Below are positions 27,141 to 40,561 of a stretch of DNA of 64,000 nt, in pieces. The DNA comes from Octopus bimaculoides (lineage: Eukaryota). Made by a program: the position numbers and the translations under genes. Location of the stretch: the NCBI RefSeq assembly GCF_001194135.2, contig NC_068986.1, positions 72,443,218 through 72,507,217 on the forward strand, in the 5' to 3' direction. The notes beneath the pieces were generated by a model. The model searched no databases, was not told where the DNA came from, and saw only the letters and a list, made by a program, of their open reading frames with translations. Positions within the stretch are counted from its first letter, which is position 1. The number at the start of each line of letters is the position of its first letter.

Positions 27141-29653
27141 TCTTTTTCTTTGTCTGTTAGTAGATTATGCTGTAGATGCAGAGGTAATTGTTGTCATTAT
27201 GTTACCTATGACTCATCTAAATTAAATTATTCTTTCACATATTCTTACTACCTTTATTACTTTATTCATTTCTCAGCCAACATCATGCTTCCTGCACTCA
27301 TCCTAGCGCTTTTATCCACCCAGAAGAATTTGCATTGGTGTTTCTTCTCTGTGAGAAATTTAGCTGAGGCTCCCCTCCATCTTAAACATTTTGTACATAA
27401 GACACATTTATTTACTTGTAGTTGAGTATGTCTACAAATATATTACTGGAATTTATGAAGATCTTATGGTTAAGAAATTTGTAGATATATATAAGTTTTT
27501 ATCTGTCTATGTATACACCCCACCCACATGTCTATAATGTACAGCTATTTTATTTCCCCTCATGTATATCACAGCAACAAGGATAAAATAGATCAGGAAA
27601 GAAGAGAGAGAAAGAGAAAATGTGTGTTATTAAGAACATAAGATCAAACAAATTGCATGCACATTTGTATATGTTTGTGTATATTTAAGAGGAAAAGACA
27701 ATGTGAGAGAATTAAAATAAAAGATCAAAGGATGTATAAAACAAATGTATGCTCTCTTTCACTTACACTCCCACCAATACCAATAATGATGGTGATTGCA
27801 GTAGTGATAGTTGATGTCTTGTGATCTGCACCACACATACTTAACAATGTTAAAATATAAGTAAAGCATCCTTTGTGTCATCCTCTACTATTGTTTATGT
27901 TCAAAAGCATTCCAATAATGACCATCCTTTTGGCAGTGGTACTACTACCACCACTATCATTGTTGAACTTATAAAGAATGCCAAGAAACTCATACAGTCA
28001 AAGAACCTTTGATCACCTTGGAGTTTGTCCATCTGTATAAGCTCTCTGCAGGAATACATACATGTATATATATGAAACCCATGTATACACACACACATAT
28101 CCAAATGAAGATGTGCATAAATATGCATGCATATGTGCTTACACACAAATCTATTTCCTCACAGTCAATGGTGTTGCACAAAATAAGTTCTCACTATGAC
28201 ATATAAGTATGAGAGAAGTTATAAAGGAAAAGAAAGGTTGGAGAACGGGATACATGTGGGCACACATTTCTCATTTCATATAAATGCAACATCGATTTTC
28301 AGGCACCTTCAGTTTCAAGGTCTTTTCAGATCACTGATTCTTCCAAACCAGGGTTGGTCACCTTGATCAACACAGTCTAAATTTAACAAGTATTCAGTTT
28401 ACTTAAATAATTAAATGAATGACAGATGCTTCTACATTAGTGTAAATGATACAAGTCAGTTAATACTTTACTGTGCAAGGTACAAATAAACTACTCTGGT
28501 GGCCACAGGAATCTGAAGTTTCTGGCTGTAAATGAGTGCAGATTACAAGAGGTTCTGGACCATCAGTGTCCAGAAAGTCAATGTTGTACCTATATTAGAG
28601 AACTGGGTTATAGCTAGCTTGAGGTAGCTTTACTAAATTGGCTTAGCCAGCTTGAAGGATTCATACTTATGGTACATTTTCATAGCCACCATGAGGTAAA
28701 ATTTATCAACTCTCCAAAATCATGTGTTAGACTTCACCATATATAAGTCTTCAGGATCATTAATTTATTACTGCTAGTACTTTTATGGATGTCTCTAGCT
28801 GGTTATGCAGACTGAGTCCCTAACACACTAGAAAAAGACTTAAGAATGTTGATATAATAGACAACATACAATAACAATCATGCTAAAAATTCCTCATCGT
28901 GATTTTTATCATAGGGCTGTTCTAGGTTATAGTTGGGATTCAAGCAATTTGATTTTCAGTTAAAATATGAAATGGAGCATTCTGTTCACCTTTAATATTC
29001 TGTTTGTAGAGAAGGTATTAAACTAATATGCTAAATCTTTATTTTAGTTGTCCTTGAAATGGGATTCTAATGGATTTCCTCACTAGCTTCTCATATTAGT
29101 CATTCATAAAGGTTCTCATATTAATAATAAATAATAATGAAGGGTTATCTATTCCTAAATATATTCAGAAACCATTATAGTATTTAATGCATGGCCAGTT
29201 TGTTTTGCCATAACTCTTTAAAGAGAATGTATTGTTTTTCATTTCTTGACTGTTATTGTTTGATCATTATCTTGAATATTTTTACAGAACCAATGTCATT
29301 AAAATAAGGTTTTATGTTTAAATTTTTAATTCATATTTAAATAAGTTGACAAGTAAGAGGAATTTTACGGAAATTTGTTTCTTCTTTTTATGTATGCAAA
29401 ATACAACACAAGCATATGATTAAATTGAGGGAGAAAAAACAACTTTTTGCTTAATGTTTCGTGTGAATTTGCATTTTTCAGTAATGAAATATTGTGAAGT
29501 GTGTTTTGATTAATATTTTCAATTAGATTTCTTTTAATAATTTTTATAACAAAAAAAATTTTAGATAATTTTCTAAAATTCTAAATGTGGATTTGAAACC
29601 TGTCTATGTCAGCAGACATGGATGTTATGTGGTCCAAGTCCACTTTTGTTACC

Positions 29654-29825
29654 AGGCAAGCAGGTAGAATCATTAGCAAAATGCTTAGCTGTATTCATCT
29701 GTCCTTACATTCTGAGTTCAAATTCTGCCGAGGTCGACTTTGCCTTTCATTCTTTCAGGGTTGATAAAATAAGTACCAGTTGCATATTGGGGTCGATCTA
29801 ATTGACTGGCCCCTCTCCCAAAATG
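29654..29825 (+). mobile_element. SINE family A copy (well preserved)
   Basis: ttctgagttcaaattctgccgaggtcgactttgcctttcattctttcagggttgataaaataagtaccagttgcatattggggtcgat. Confidence 0.85.
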
Positions 29826-30264
29826 TTGGTTGTAGAACAGTGACAAACAAAAGTCAGTTTAAATAAACTGTGTTTTTGTAAATGTGCAATAAATTATAGC
29901 ATATTTTTAGGAAAGCGATGATGAAGTTAAGATTTATAGACCACTTATGAGAGTTACTTTATTTTCCTAATTTTTTAGCTTTTGTATATTTCTACATATG
30001 CTAAAAGGTAAACATTCATACAATGAAAAAGAAATTTCTTTAATATTTGAAAATTTGATATTTCTTTTATTTGTTTTTTGTTTTTCACTTTTATTTTACC
30101 ACAATAATTGTAATTGAGAATAATTATAAATCTGTTCCTTTCATCATCTTTAATCACCCTCCATCCCCTTGCCTAGGACTATTGCCCACTCTCCTTTATT
30201 TTCCCTCAGTTATAGATCCACTTTAGGCCTTTAACCTTGCAAGATATGAGGTGATTTTCACCAG

Positions 30265-30450
30265 TGCTAGTACCATGTAAAACAAAAAGCACTTGGTACA
30301 CTCTGGGAAGTGGTTATTAAGAAGGGCATCCAGCTAAAGAAACCTTACAAAAGCAGATGTTTGAGTATGGCACAGTCCGCTGATTCATCAGATCTTGTCA
30401 CATTGTCCTACTCTTACCAGCTTGGAAGCCAGATGTTAATTGATGATGTG
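30265..30450 (+). mobile_element. RTE LINE 3' end fragment
   Basis: gcac..ggtacactctgggaagtggtt..aagaagggcatccagct...ccagcttggaagccagatgttaattgatgatg, like the RTE tails at 52040-52211 and 54700-54830. Confidence 0.6.
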
Positions 30451-31177
30451 TAAATATAATTGTGCTTTCATGGAATAGAGAAATAACACAACTATTTCTT
30501 AATTTCTGTTTTCAAACTAGACGTAATGTTTACACATTGTTCACGCACATATATGCATACCTGTACATACATATGCACATTCATACATACACACATGTAT
30601 TGCCATTCATTAACTTATAAATAAATAACAACTCTTTTATGTTGAAAAATTTAAGGTGTTCCATTGGCATTCCATTAACATCATCTGCAATATTTTGTTT
30701 TTGTTTTACCACTTATCTCTGTTATGTTTCAGTCCCTTTGTCTTTGTTGCATTTCGTTTTCTTTTCAATTGCATGCTCTATCATTCACTGTATTTGCTAT
30801 GATGATATATATAGGTTGAAATATGCAATAGTTGCAGGGTTAAGATGCTTAACTTCATGACCATAACATAGAAATATGGACAAAAGTATTCAAATTTATT
30901 TATGACTTATTTTACTTAGTAAAAAAAATAATTTTTACATGTCCAAAATAAAAAACTTTAGGTAAAAATATTCAACCATTAATAGTGTGAGAAAAAATTT
31001 TAAATTGGCATAAGTATAAAAAATAAAAATTGTCAAACTATTTTCAGTAGCAACTTAGTTATTTTTTGACTTCTACTTAAAACGGCGATTCTCTCCTCTA
31101 ATAACTATTATATTTACATCATATTTTCTTGATTCTCATAACATGAAATGTTTTAGGACTGATAGGTTGTTGTTTTT

Positions 31178-31410
31178 AGTGGATGTACTAAGGAGTATTG
31201 TAGTAAATGAGTGGTCTATAGGAGTGTCATACTGAGTGTTTTATAAAATTATTGTATTGAACGAATGTTTTACAGAAGCAAGTATTGTATTGTTTTGTAA
31301 GAGCATTATAATCAGTGCTTTGTAGGAGCATTGTTGTCAATGAGAGTTCTATAAGAGTATTGTGTTGAATGAGTATTCTGTGGAAGTATGACAGTCACTG
31401 AGTTATAGTC
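31178..31410. repeat. Degenerate minisatellite, about 8-9 copies of a ~29-bp unit (gagtgttttataggagtattgtattgaat-like)
   Basis: Units aligned by eye, e.g. agtgttttataaaattattgtattgaacg, agtgctttgtaggagcattgttgtcaatg, agagttctataagagtattgtgttgaatg. Confidence 0.6.
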
Positions 31411-32278
31411 ATGTTTTACAGTTTACTTCATGAACATGTCCGATATAAACATTACAAAGATTTCTTCAGAGTAATGATTAGGATTAAAAGTGACAAACGT
31501 GAATAGATGAATTAAGTATTTTAATTAATGTTGGGGTTAGAATGAATACCAGTGTAGTGGACACAAAGTCTTTCTTGCACCAAACAAAAGATAAGTTTTC
31601 ATTATGTGTCAGTAAAACATTACTTGTTATAGTGTAGAATTTGATTAAGGGAGTTGAGATTTGAAAAACAGCATTACACCAGAATTGTTGAGAAAGTTGA
31701 AATATGTTAGCTCCAAAGCAGATGGGCTGTAAAAATACTGATATTAATATTTGAGCTGGAATTTGTTAGGTTTTGTTTGATAAGTGTTTATAATAAAAAA
31801 ATTTAAAAAAGCAGACTTAGATCCAATATATTTTGGAGTAAAGAAGTTAGTTGTAATCTTGGAAGGTAAGATGCAGTGGACTTAAATATTGCAGGCATTG
31901 CATAAGCCTGTCTATGTTAGAAAATGTATCCTTAACCAGTTTTCAATGGTGTTTCATGCTGTGAGGAAACACCCATATGCTCCCATAACATATATTGCCT
32001 CAGTTTGATGATCTAACCTATACATGTGAAGTGTAAAAAGAATTGGATTTTCTTGTATCAAAGTATCCTTTATACAGCTATGGTTGGCAATATGAAACAA
32101 TTGTAGCAAAAGGTCTACTTATTTTATATATAATTTACATAACAGCCTTATATATAAAGAAAATTATTAAAAAAGGCAAACTGAATTTAAAATAAAACAA
32201 ATGTTTATTGTGACATTTGTCTTCTTATTCTACATATTCATTGAAATAACATGGATAATATTTTATTTTCAAAGAACC

Positions 32279-32335
<57 letters not shown>

Positions 32336-32730
32336 GCATACAGACACCCATACACAATATATCTATATTTATATATATACAATATATATCAATATACATA
32401 CATAGTCAATATGAATTTGTTTAGGTACAGGTATGTTATTTTTGTTAATCTCTGTTTTATTCAAAGTAATTACAATTTCTGTTTAAAATAATTGTTTATA
32501 TTTACTTTGCTTCAAAGGTTTTACGGCAGGTTAGTAATCCTAATTTTATCTGAATGGCACCAAACATCAGCATAATGGATTGGGCACACTCATGATTGTT
32601 GGTTTTGTATAAATATTAAACTTTAGTCTGATAGATTGCAAAAGAATTAAATTATATCTTGGTAAAGTCCTTTTAGCCATCCAAAAGTACAACCCCACTC
32701 CTGTATAATTCACTTTCCATGTATTTCTAA

Positions 32731-32883
32731 ATAGTACTGCCTATTAAGAAGTGTCAAAAAGTTTTTGTACTCTTCTGGAACAGTATCACTGATACAGTAC
32801 CACTGTATAATGGAAGTGTATCAATGACAGGTCCCAAGGCACAAAAAAACTTTTTGACATTTCATAATAATAAACAGTACTAT
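32731..32883. mobile_element. ~150-bp imperfect palindromic MITE-like element
   Basis: Outer arms atagtactg...gtgtcaaaaagtttttgt / acaaaaaaactttttgacat...cagtactat; inner arms tcactgataca / tgtatcaatga. Confidence 0.65.
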
Positions 32884-35359
32884 CAAGAAATAAATGGAAA
32901 GTAAATACATTGGTGGGCATTGTAATCTTAGATGATTAAAACGTCTCCGCTGCAATGTAATTGTTTCAATTTCAACACAAGCTTTCATATCAAGTTGTTA
33001 TGACTTCAAAAGGGTTTAATAGTAAAATTTAATTTCTAGAAAGGTAAGAGTAGTTTAACCAATTTTTATAAAAACTGGTGCCTGATAATAAGATAGAATT
33101 TGTACAAAAAAAAATGTTTTTTACATTTTCAATTTCATTTCACTTTTAACATCTAGTGAAATTGAAAAGATTTTGTTATTTAGTATTTCATTATATTATA
33201 ACAACTTCATTAAACCAAGATTAAAGATAAGATGTGAGTAGATCTTCTAAGTATTTTAGTTAATAATGGGGATAGAACCAATACTAGTGTAGTGAGCACA
33301 AAGTATTTCTTACACTATACAAAAGATAGCACTTATATGACAGTGAAATACCATTCATTATAAGATAGAATCTGATTAAAACATTGAAGAATATGGTTTC
33401 ATTTAAATAAACTGTTGAAACTAAATTTAACCATATTTTTTTCATATAAGAACACTTCATTCACATGTTATTTTACATGCTGTTATAATCTTCTTGGTAT
33501 CATAAGATGATAGTTTAGTCTTAGAGCAGCAGGCTAAGTTGAATTAATATATTAGGAGTTCAATTTCTTGTGAAAATTAATTTTGCTTTAGATTGACTTG
33601 CTTACAACTCTACAGTTTCAAATCCAATGCCCCTTATGTGACACCTTGAATAAGTTTCTTCCATTATAACTTTGAATTCACCAAAACTTTGTTAGTGGAA
33701 TTTATTTGATAGAAACTGTGTGGATGCTCTTTGGAGGGAGTTTTAGTTTCATAGACTATATCTGTATTAATCTAATTTGAATTCCATAAGTATTACTGTG
33801 AATATTCATTACATTAATGAGTGAGATGTGATGATTGAATATAACAAATATTGAACTCCTGGTGCATTAGTTCATACCTTACTCTAGAAGTTTTTGTTTT
33901 TATAACTTTTTTATAAGGTAAGGCATCTTAACATCTAATTTAGAAAAAAATATTTTATTAGTTTTATTTATTTTATTTCAATTTTTGCATGTTTGAAACC
34001 AACAATTTTGTGAATGCTACATCTGCTTTTATACTGTTGCATATTTGAGCTTGTATTTTGTTTTGTGACAATCCTTTTGCATGCTTTTGTTATTGTTCAT
34101 TTTTCTAGTCATCCTTGACTTCCCTATATACAATTAAGTGCTTTACCACCTTTCTGGCTATCTGCAAGAATATTGTAATAATTAAAGTTCCTTTCATTAT
34201 ATTCACATTCTGCTTTAGCAAATGGCTAAATCATATCCTCAGTAGCATTATTCCTGCTTTACAAAATGATCCAAGTCCTGTTAAGTCATGATTTATTTTC
34301 TGTAACTGTTATGTCTGGTGAACTCATTAAAAGAAACATCTTTTTTCCCTGCAAGTTATTTCTCCTAGAATAAAGAAAATACAGCAAATTAAACTAAAAC
34401 AGCATGATCTGTGTTATCACTGTCTGCACACTGCATACCCCATGACCCACCTACACCAAATCAAAAATGCTTAAATCAAAATGTTATTTAGACATGTGGT
34501 GAGCACATGTTTGTTATAACCCTCGTATGTATTTTAATATGAACAAGTACCTAACTACTTTCAAAAAGATATCTTTGTTACAGGATTTAGACCAAAATAC
34601 ACCAAACTTCAACATTGAAAGTTAAACTAAACTCAGATTCTGAATTTTGATTATTTGAATCACTATACATTTGCTGAGTTGCCTTGATTTTTACTGTGGA
34701 TACTGTTTCATAAAAATGAAAACAGACACAAAATGGATAAAACAAATCCAAAAAGTTTAAATGACAGCCACATTAATAAGCCTTACAGGATGACCAGTGC
34801 ATGGTGTGCAGCAAAATGCCAGACTAACACGACAATGAGGGAGTCTGTATATGGTTATTCAACCAAATCTCCTTGAAATTACACCCTACTATCTTAAGAT
34901 ACCCATTAGACAGTGTAGTCCTAAAACACTCCTGGATAAGACAAAATGGTCTTGTCTTGGCATACCTTTTGAGTTTTTGATCACAAGCTGCTTAATCAGA
35001 TCAGCCTGGGGTTAGATAGTTATAACCAACAACATATATGGTATGCAAAGCCTATAAGTTACTGCTAAGCATTTCAGGGAATGTTTTACTTGAAAACACC
35101 TCATATAGGTTTAAAATATCTGAATGATGAGTCTTAAATTTAATTATATTGAACAGAGATGGAAAGCCTAAGATAATATCTGACAGAACACTTTACTGTT
35201 GAGTTGAAACTAGACTGAGTTACTCAGCCTTTTCATACTTTGGGGTTAATAAAAATAATACCAGCTATACACTAATGTTAATTAAATCTGCTTTAAATTG
35301 GCTCTCTAGCTAATTGAAATCTGTAAATAATACAGGTTTCATAAATAAATCTTTTTAAT

Positions 35360-36275
35360 TTTGCTTCAAAGCCAGCTATTTTGAGGGGAAGGGGAAAGTA
35401 TTTTATTAACTTCAAATGAATGAAAGGTAACATTGAACTCAGAATATAAATAATGAGAANNNNNNNNNNNNNNNNNNNNNNNNNNNNNNNNNNNNNNNNN
35501 NNNNNNNNNNNNNNNNNNNNNNNNNNNNNNNNNNNNNNNNNNNNNNNNNNNNNNNNNNNNNNNNNNNNNNNNNNNNNNNNNNNNNNAATAATAATAATAC
35601 AAGGCCAGCAACTTTGAGAGATGGGGCAAGTCAGTTGCCATGACCCCAGTACTTATTTTATTGATCCCAAAAGAAGAATATCATTAATAGTTTCAAATTC
35701 TGACACAATGCCAACAATTTTAGGGGAAGGGGTCTGTTGATTACATTGACATTGGTACTTGACTGGTACTTATTTTATCGACCTCAAAAGAATGAAAGAC
35801 AAAACTGATCACGGTGAAATTTTATCTCAGAACATAAAGCCAGAAGAAATGCCACTAAGCATTTTGTCTTGTGTACTAACAATTCTGCCAGCTCTCCACC
35901 TTAATAACAGTAGCCCTGGTTTCAAACTTTTGACACAAGGCCTGTAATTCTGAGAAGGAGGTTAATTGGCATGATAAACCGCAGCACTTCCAGAAAGATG
36001 AACGGGAAAGTTGACCCCAGCAGAATTTGAACTCAGAATGTAATAAGTCAGAACAAATACCACTAGGCATTTTGTCTCATGCTCTGATGACTCTGCCTAA
36101 TAATAATAATAATAATAATGCTTTTTAGTATAGGCACAAGGCCTGAAATTTGGTGGGAGGAGGCTAGTTGAGTACATAAACCTCAGTGCTTGACTGGTAC
36201 TTATTTCATCAACTCCAAAAAGATGAAAGGCAAAGTCGATCTTAGAATTTGAACTCAGAATGTGAAGACGGAAAA
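35360..36275 (-). mobile_element. Head-to-tail cluster of about five SINE family A copies, antisense (intron h-i)
   Basis: Repeated reverse-complement core ...gtacttatttt(a)tcgacc...gaaaggcaaagtcga...gaatttgaactcagaa; a gap lies inside the cluster. Confidence 0.8.
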
Positions 36276-37479
36276 AAAAACCCCCACAATGATAAGTCTC
36301 TCTTAGATGCAAGTCCAAGTTTTGTTAGAAAGTGTCATGGCTGACTGAATTAACAACGGAATATTATTGTTATATATTTTATTAATCTTAGAGAAAATAA
36401 TTCTGTTTATGAGAATAGCAACACAGATATGGCTGTTGTTTAGTCCTTGATCAACACTGATCATCCAAACAATACCAGCCGTGACCATCCTGACTCTTTT
36501 TATATCAATATAGTCATCACCATTTTTACACCCATTTTTATGTGTTGTTAATGAGGACACTGGTAACAATTCACACCCAAACACAGTAAGCTTCCATCTA
36601 CCAATTTCTCTCACAAAGCATTGGTCAGCTCAAGGCTATAATAAAAGACAATTGTTCAATGTGTCACTCTGTGTGACCAAACCTGGAACTTTGTAATTAT
36701 GCAGCTATGCTTGTGTCTCTAGTCATGCCTGCAAAATGTAATTTAAAGGAAATATAGCTGCTATTTTTAACAAGTTAAGCAACCCTATAAAGATTCTCTC
36801 AGTGGCTCAACTTTAATATTATGTTCTAAACATAATACAAGTATAAATATATGAAATATATAAAAAAAAATTAGAAATAGTAAATGAGACCCACCCGTTC
36901 TTTCTTTTAATGTATTGTTGCTTTACTAATGATTGGTGGTGGGATGGGGTATGGATTCAGTTTTGTATGTCAACGTACATTCTTTTACTACAAAATAGAA
37001 AGCATTTAGGATAATCACTTGTGTATTGAAGCTGCTGATGTACTCCATCTCCAAATGCAGGAGTCGATGTCCCACTAGACGGTGAAACAGCTCTGTAGTT
37101 GTTTCAGCCCTTTCCACTGTGACACCAGAGCTGCCCAGGGCCACTGACAGATGTAGGCAACAAAACTCCCTCACAACCATGCAAGCTTTGTTGAGTCACA
37201 TGTTGCAACTCTGGACCAGATGTCTCTACCATCTTCAATGTCTTTTACTGGTCTAAATGCTTAAAAGATTTTGTTTTATTCTTCTGTAACCCAAGCTAAA
37301 ATAGTACTTGGGTCAATTTTAAATCTCTTACTTCCTGGGTTTATGAAATACCAGGCATGTATTGGGATAGGGAGGAGAAGTTTTCTGTACCCTTCTCTTT
37401 TTTTTGTTGTCTTCATTCTGTCATAGATTGGTATAGGTTCTTTACTTGGACAAAATTTGTTCATCTTATGCTATTTTTC

Positions 37480-37810
37480 TGTTCTTTTTCATGGTTCAAT
37501 TGTTAGACTATCTGTCCATTCATCTTCTCTTCCCACTATTGCTGGGTAGGTCATCGAAATAGAACCCTCAGGCATCTCTACAGGATCCATCAGACGCAAC
37601 CATCATTACACTTTCTGGCTGGATTCCCAAGTGTGCCCGACTAAGACTGTGGATATTATCCAACCTTATTGTCTTTGGTCTACCTTTAGGTCTCCTGCAA
37701 GCTGGCTTGGCTTGAATTTATCTTGCAACTCTTTTCTGCAACATTGTCATTACATGTCCATAGTATCAGAGTTGTGACCTCTCAATGCAGAGGGGCAGCT
37801 GCTTGACCTA
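37480..37810 (-). mobile_element. LINE (RTE-like) C-terminal fragment
   Basis: The minus strand reads approximately IERSQL*YYGHV...RRPKGRPKT..LDNIHSLS..LGIQPESVM, with frame breaks. Confidence 0.65.
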
Positions 37811-37919
37811 GAGAGGTTCCCTGATTTTGCATAATTATTGATAAAATTTGATATATAGCACTCATACTCTCATAAATCAGCTATAAACAACAGAAATAGT
37901 TGATTAGAATAGTTCAGGG

Positions 37920-38780
37920 AATCATTTGTAATCGTGATGGAAGTACTGATTCAAAGTGTAAAGGAGGGTTTACCCTGTGGGTTGCTGTATGCAGATGATC
38001 TGGTGTTAATAACAAGAGAGTATGGATGGATTGAAGGAAAAGATGAACAAATGAAAAGAATTTAATGAAGTAAGAGGTATGAAGATGAATGTCTCTAGAA
38101 TGACAAAGGTGGTGGCATGTGGTGAAGGAGAGAGAATAGGGAAGTGGTATGTGCAGTATGCAGGAAATGTTTTGGAGTAAATTCCATTAAATGTACAATA
38201 TCTACTGGTGGGGTCTATCAAAAGTGTAGTGATGGTAGAGGATTATTATCCAAGGTGGCAGCTACTGTTAAATATAAGGTGTGTATTGAGGGAGCTGCAG
38301 ATAGAGGGAATGTTATGCCAGATCTAGGAAATGATGTGAAGATGGAAGGTGTGAAAGCATTTTGTTACCTAGAAGATAGATTGAGCTTGATGATGAGGAG
38401 GGGAAGGGGTATGCTGCATGTGTGAAGTGCTATGACTTACGGGAGATAGACATGAGTAATGAATGTAGAGCAGCATAGAAGCCTAGAAAAAAATGTGAAT
38501 TGTTTAGTGGATGAGTAGAGTTTTGCTGAGAGAGAGATGAAGACAACAAACTAAGAGAAATGAGATAGATCTGTGATTGACATTATATAGAGAAATGGAA
38601 TGAAATGACAGAGTCAGGTCATGCTGAGAAGGGATGAAAGTAACTGAGTCAAGGAGTGATGAAAATAAATGTGAAAAAAAAAGTAGAAGAAAGGGAAAAA
38701 AACGAGAAATACATGGTTAAATATGATGGAAAAGATGAGTTTAAGATGGGAATGTAAGGATAGAACAAAATGGAGATGTT
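37920..38780 (+). mobile_element. Decayed RTE LINE fragment with RT catalytic motif
   Basis: FVIVMEVLIQSVKEGLPCGLLYADDLVL (YADD at 37988-37999), followed by a Cys-rich CAVCRK..VNSIKC segment (track ORF 38144..38425). Confidence 0.8.
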
Positions 38781-39874
38781 TTTCTGGGATTTAATTTTGA
38801 AATCTTTTCAACAGTTTGCAAGGTAAAATTAGCTTTTATACATATCTATAAATAGTCTAGTTTTGTTGAACCAATGAAGGAGCCTCTATGTGGTCACTTG
38901 ATCTGCTAAACATAGCAACCAAATCTCTCTGAAATCAAACTTAACTGTCTTAAAAATAAAGTCATTAGAAAAGGTTGACTTGGGGATAAACAAGTGTTTC
39001 ATACCAGCTTTGTAATTAAGGAAAAAGAAGTATCATAATCTCTTTTTTTTTTTCCCCTTCTTATATATCAAGAAATTGTCTGTAATTCAGCAACTTGTTG
39101 GTTTCTAACATGCCTTGTATTTTCCAGAGTTACATAAATTTTTTTTCTAATTTTCTCCTGTTTGTGTCCTATCAAAAGTTTTTTTAAAAATGGAGCTTTT
39201 ACAATACCTTATTTTTTGTTCTCAGTTTCCAGTTATGACTTTTTTACACTTTTTTGTTCCTCCCTCCCTCTTTACTCCTCCTCCCCTAGTTCATCTCAAA
39301 TCCTGCAATTATCTCTTCATCCAAGCAGAATTTGATTGTTTTTTCTTCCTTTTCTTAAGTGGTAACCACTTACAGTCTTGGAGCATGTTCCAGACCATTG
39401 CCATCTGCACTTTTTAACCCCAATTTAGTTGTTCTGTCAATCAGTTTTAATGCATGGCATGTTCATTTTGCTGGTTTGTCTAATTATGTAATGCTAATTG
39501 AGAACATCCACAGACTGCATACTTGTACATAATTATTAATTAGAAAAAGAAATATTTGATTTTCAAATTATGCAATGTAAATCTTTAGTAACTAAATATT
39601 TTATGTTATGTTTGAGTGAATTAGTATTGTATTTTTGAATGAATTAGTATTGTCAACATTACAAATTGTCTTTTAAAGAAAACTGGTCTTCATTTGAAGC
39701 TCTGAAACCAAAAAAATTCATGTGGACAGAGCTATACAGTGCTACAGTGAGACTGTCTATTGCAAAAATATTAAATAATAGGATCAAATTTGATATAAAG
39801 TTTTATATTTCATATGTTTTTTAGATCTTCAAATGTGACAAAAGTTTCTTTAATGCTTTTCCATTCTTTTTTAG

Positions 39875-40015
39875 GAGAATCGTACTCTTCGGGATTCTAA
39901 TGATGATTTAAATGTTCAGTTATTAAATCGTTGTATGGAGGAAGGTCGACGACTACTTAAGTATAATGGAGCCATTTCACTAGCAGATGAAATTGATAAC
40001 TTAAGTAAAGAAGAG
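39875..40015 (+). CDS. RAB11FIP4: FIP3/4 exon i (141 nt): ENRTLRDSNDDLNVQLLNRCMEEGRRLLKYNGAISLADEIDNLSKEE
   Basis: Acceptor ccattcttttttAG, donor GAG|GTATGT; resembles ENYKLRDQNDDLNGQIL...SLAAEIDTASRDE. Confidence 0.93.
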
Positions 40016-40219
40016 GTATGTACTGATTATAAATCCAAATAAGAAAAACAGCTATAAGAATAGAGTTATGAAACTGCTAATTAGTCTGAAGTTGTAGATC
40101 AACAAATTTGTACTGTTAATCTTTGTTTTTCTACCAGAGAAGCTAATACTTAACACTTGGACAAGTTATATAATAATGCTAAATTTTAAATTGTGTTTCT
40201 TCTTGCATTTATTCATATG

Positions 40220-40518
40220 TAAGTAGCACTCCATCAGTTACAAAGACAAGGGTTCCAGTTGACCTGGTCAAAGGAACAGCCTGCTTATGAAATTAATGTG
40301 CAAGTTGCTGAGCACTTCGCAAACACATGTATCCTTAACATACTTCTCAGGGAGATTCAGTGTGACACAGAATGTGACATGGCTTGCAACTCATTTTTGC
40401 AAGCCAAGCAACATAAAACAAAGTGTCTTGCTCAAGGACACAATGCACTGCTGGGAATCGAATTCATGACCTTACAATTGTGAGCTGAATACCTTAAGCA
40501 CTAAACCATGCACCTTCA
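40220..40518 (-). mobile_element. tRNA-derived SINE family C copy
   Basis: aaagtgtcttgctcaaggacacaat..gggaatcgaattcatgacc...cactaaaccatgcacctt, homologous to 48639-48921. Confidence 0.75.
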
Positions 40519-40561
40519 AGATATATATATAGAGAGAGAGAGGAATGTGATTTAATATATA

